Origin: Desulfobacterales bacterium
Lineage (GTDB): Bacteria > Desulfobacterota > Desulfobacteria > Desulfobacterales > UBA5852
DNA: 64,000 bases
Direction: 5' to 3'
NCBI GenBank assembly: GCA_963674755.2
Contig: CAXXVS010000002.1
Location: forward strand, 2,144,001 to 2,208,000
The notes under the pieces are model-generated. The model was given only the letters and a program-made list of their open reading frames with translations, ran no database searches and was not told the origin of the DNA. How positions within the stretch are numbered: the first letter of the stretch is position 1; each line of letters starts with the position of its first letter. Positions 63,121 to 64,000 of this stretch are shown in pieces. The position numbers and the translations under genes were made by a program.

Positions 63121-64000
63121 CTACTTGTTGAGCAGCCCACCTTTGCGGTAGATATTCATCTGGACATCGGAAAAAAGGCCCTGGACTTCATCTCCGGATG
63201 GTAGCCTGATTTTACCGGTGACAAGGTCCACATCGATCCGTTGTCCGGTCTCGAGTCCGTTGCCGATCAACCTGGCGCAGAGGATGGGAAACCCCTTGTT
63301 GATCGCATTGCGTTCGTAGATTGCGCCGAAGGACTCGCCGATGATGCACGAGATGCCCAGGCTCTCGAAACAATCGACCGCCTGTTGCCTCGACGACCCG
63401 GCGCCGAAATTCTTGGGTACCACCACGATATCACCGGGCTTGGCCTTCTTGGCAAAGTCCTCGTAGCCGGCCAGATTATTGAAGGTGTACTGGCCCATTT
63501 CATTGATGTCGGTGATTGTCAGGTAGCGGTTGTGATAGATCATGTCGGTGTCGATGTCGTCCTCGTCGATGACCCAGACCTTTCCCGAAAAGCGGGTCGG
63601 TCGGTTGCCGACGGCGATGACCTTGGAGGACCCTGAAGCTGTGCGTATGTCTTTGGGAAACTGCGCCGGTATGGCAGGAATTGCATCGGCCGGGACGATT
63701 GCTCCGGCAATCGCCGATGCGGCCACTGTCGCCGGAGATGCCAGGTACACGTCTCCTTTGCCCTGCTTGCCCGCGAAGTTGCGGTTGCCCGTGCTGATCG
63801 TCACCTCTCCGGGACCGTTCTGTCCGATCTGACCGGCTGCGCAGCCAGCGCAGCCGGCGTTGCCCACCAGGGCCCCCGCCCTCTTGAAAATGTCGATGAA
63901 GCCTTCCTCCAAACAGCGCATCCAGATGTCGTCCGTGCTCGGCACGATCTTGAGTACCACGCCGGGGGCGATCTTTCTGTCTTTGAGTATTTCCGCCGCG
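63121..64000 (-). CDS. Aconitase-family hydro-lyase, LeuC/HacA large subunit fused to LeuD/HacB small subunit (5' end outside window)
   Basis: CAGC, STGNRNF, YLASPATVAASA, then in the same frame IDTDMI, NFGAGSSRQ, ESFGAIYERNAIN. The frame is open to the window end. Confidence 0.87.
   Translation of the reverse strand, partial: AAEILKDRKIAPGVVLKIVPSTDDIWMRCLEEGFIDIFKRAGALVGNAGCAGCAAGQIGQNGPGEVTISTGNRNFAGKQGKGDVYLASPATVAASAIAGAIVPADAIPAIPAQFPKDIRTASGSSKVIAVGNRPTRFSGKVWVIDEDDIDTDMIYHNRYLTITDINEMGQYTFNNLAGYEDFAKKAKPGDIVVVPKNFGAGSSRQQAVDCFESLGISCIIGESFGAIYERNAINKGFPILCARLIGNGLETGQRIDVDLVTGKIRLPSGDEVQGLFSDVQMNIYRKGGLLNK

Overview
Bacterial chromosomal window. Gene content and protein sequences suggest a sulfate-reducer-like deltaproteobacterium (Desulfobacterota); this is inference. 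It has four blocks. (1) 1-14 kb, core genes: recR-ybaB-dnaX, two tRNA-Ser, DUF1015, tRNA methyltransferase, dciA, hflKC, a 32-aa bS22/COX24-like ORF missed by the ORF track, a HExxH protein, fmdB and groESL. (2) 13-33 kb, type IV pilus accessory locus: a sigma54-type promoter, then fimT-pilV-pilW-pilX, a giant 3129-aa PilY1 adhesin, a PilY2-like gene and a DUF4124-like gene. An intact IS630, an uncharacterised 744-aa protein, an orphan GspE/PilB ATPase and a convergent TsaP-like LysM gene follow. The PilY1 has five near-identical 345-bp Calx-beta repeats, MopE-like Cys/Asp motifs and a vWA region that appears to carry a circularly permuted carbohydrate-binding module. (3) 33-53 kb, GC-rich housekeeping block: purQL, rseP, dxr, cdsA, uppS, frr, pyrH, tsf, rpsB, prmC, prfA, rpmE, rho, a likely CC-adding enzyme, adk, rpsU, folC and tRNA-Arg(CCG), plus two MITE-like elements. 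(4) 53-64 kb, an island-like, partly decayed region after tRNA-Arg: lysophospholipase, AT-rich acyltransferase, frameshifted IS1380, PrpD/MmgE, an MmgE::UTRA deletion chimera, a TAXI-TRAP transporter and a fused LeuC-LeuD-type aconitase. I found no CRISPR array, rRNA, reverse transcriptase or integrase. The best candidates for something new are the giant modular PilY1 locus and the PrpD + fused aconitase + TAXI-TRAP organic-acid cluster.
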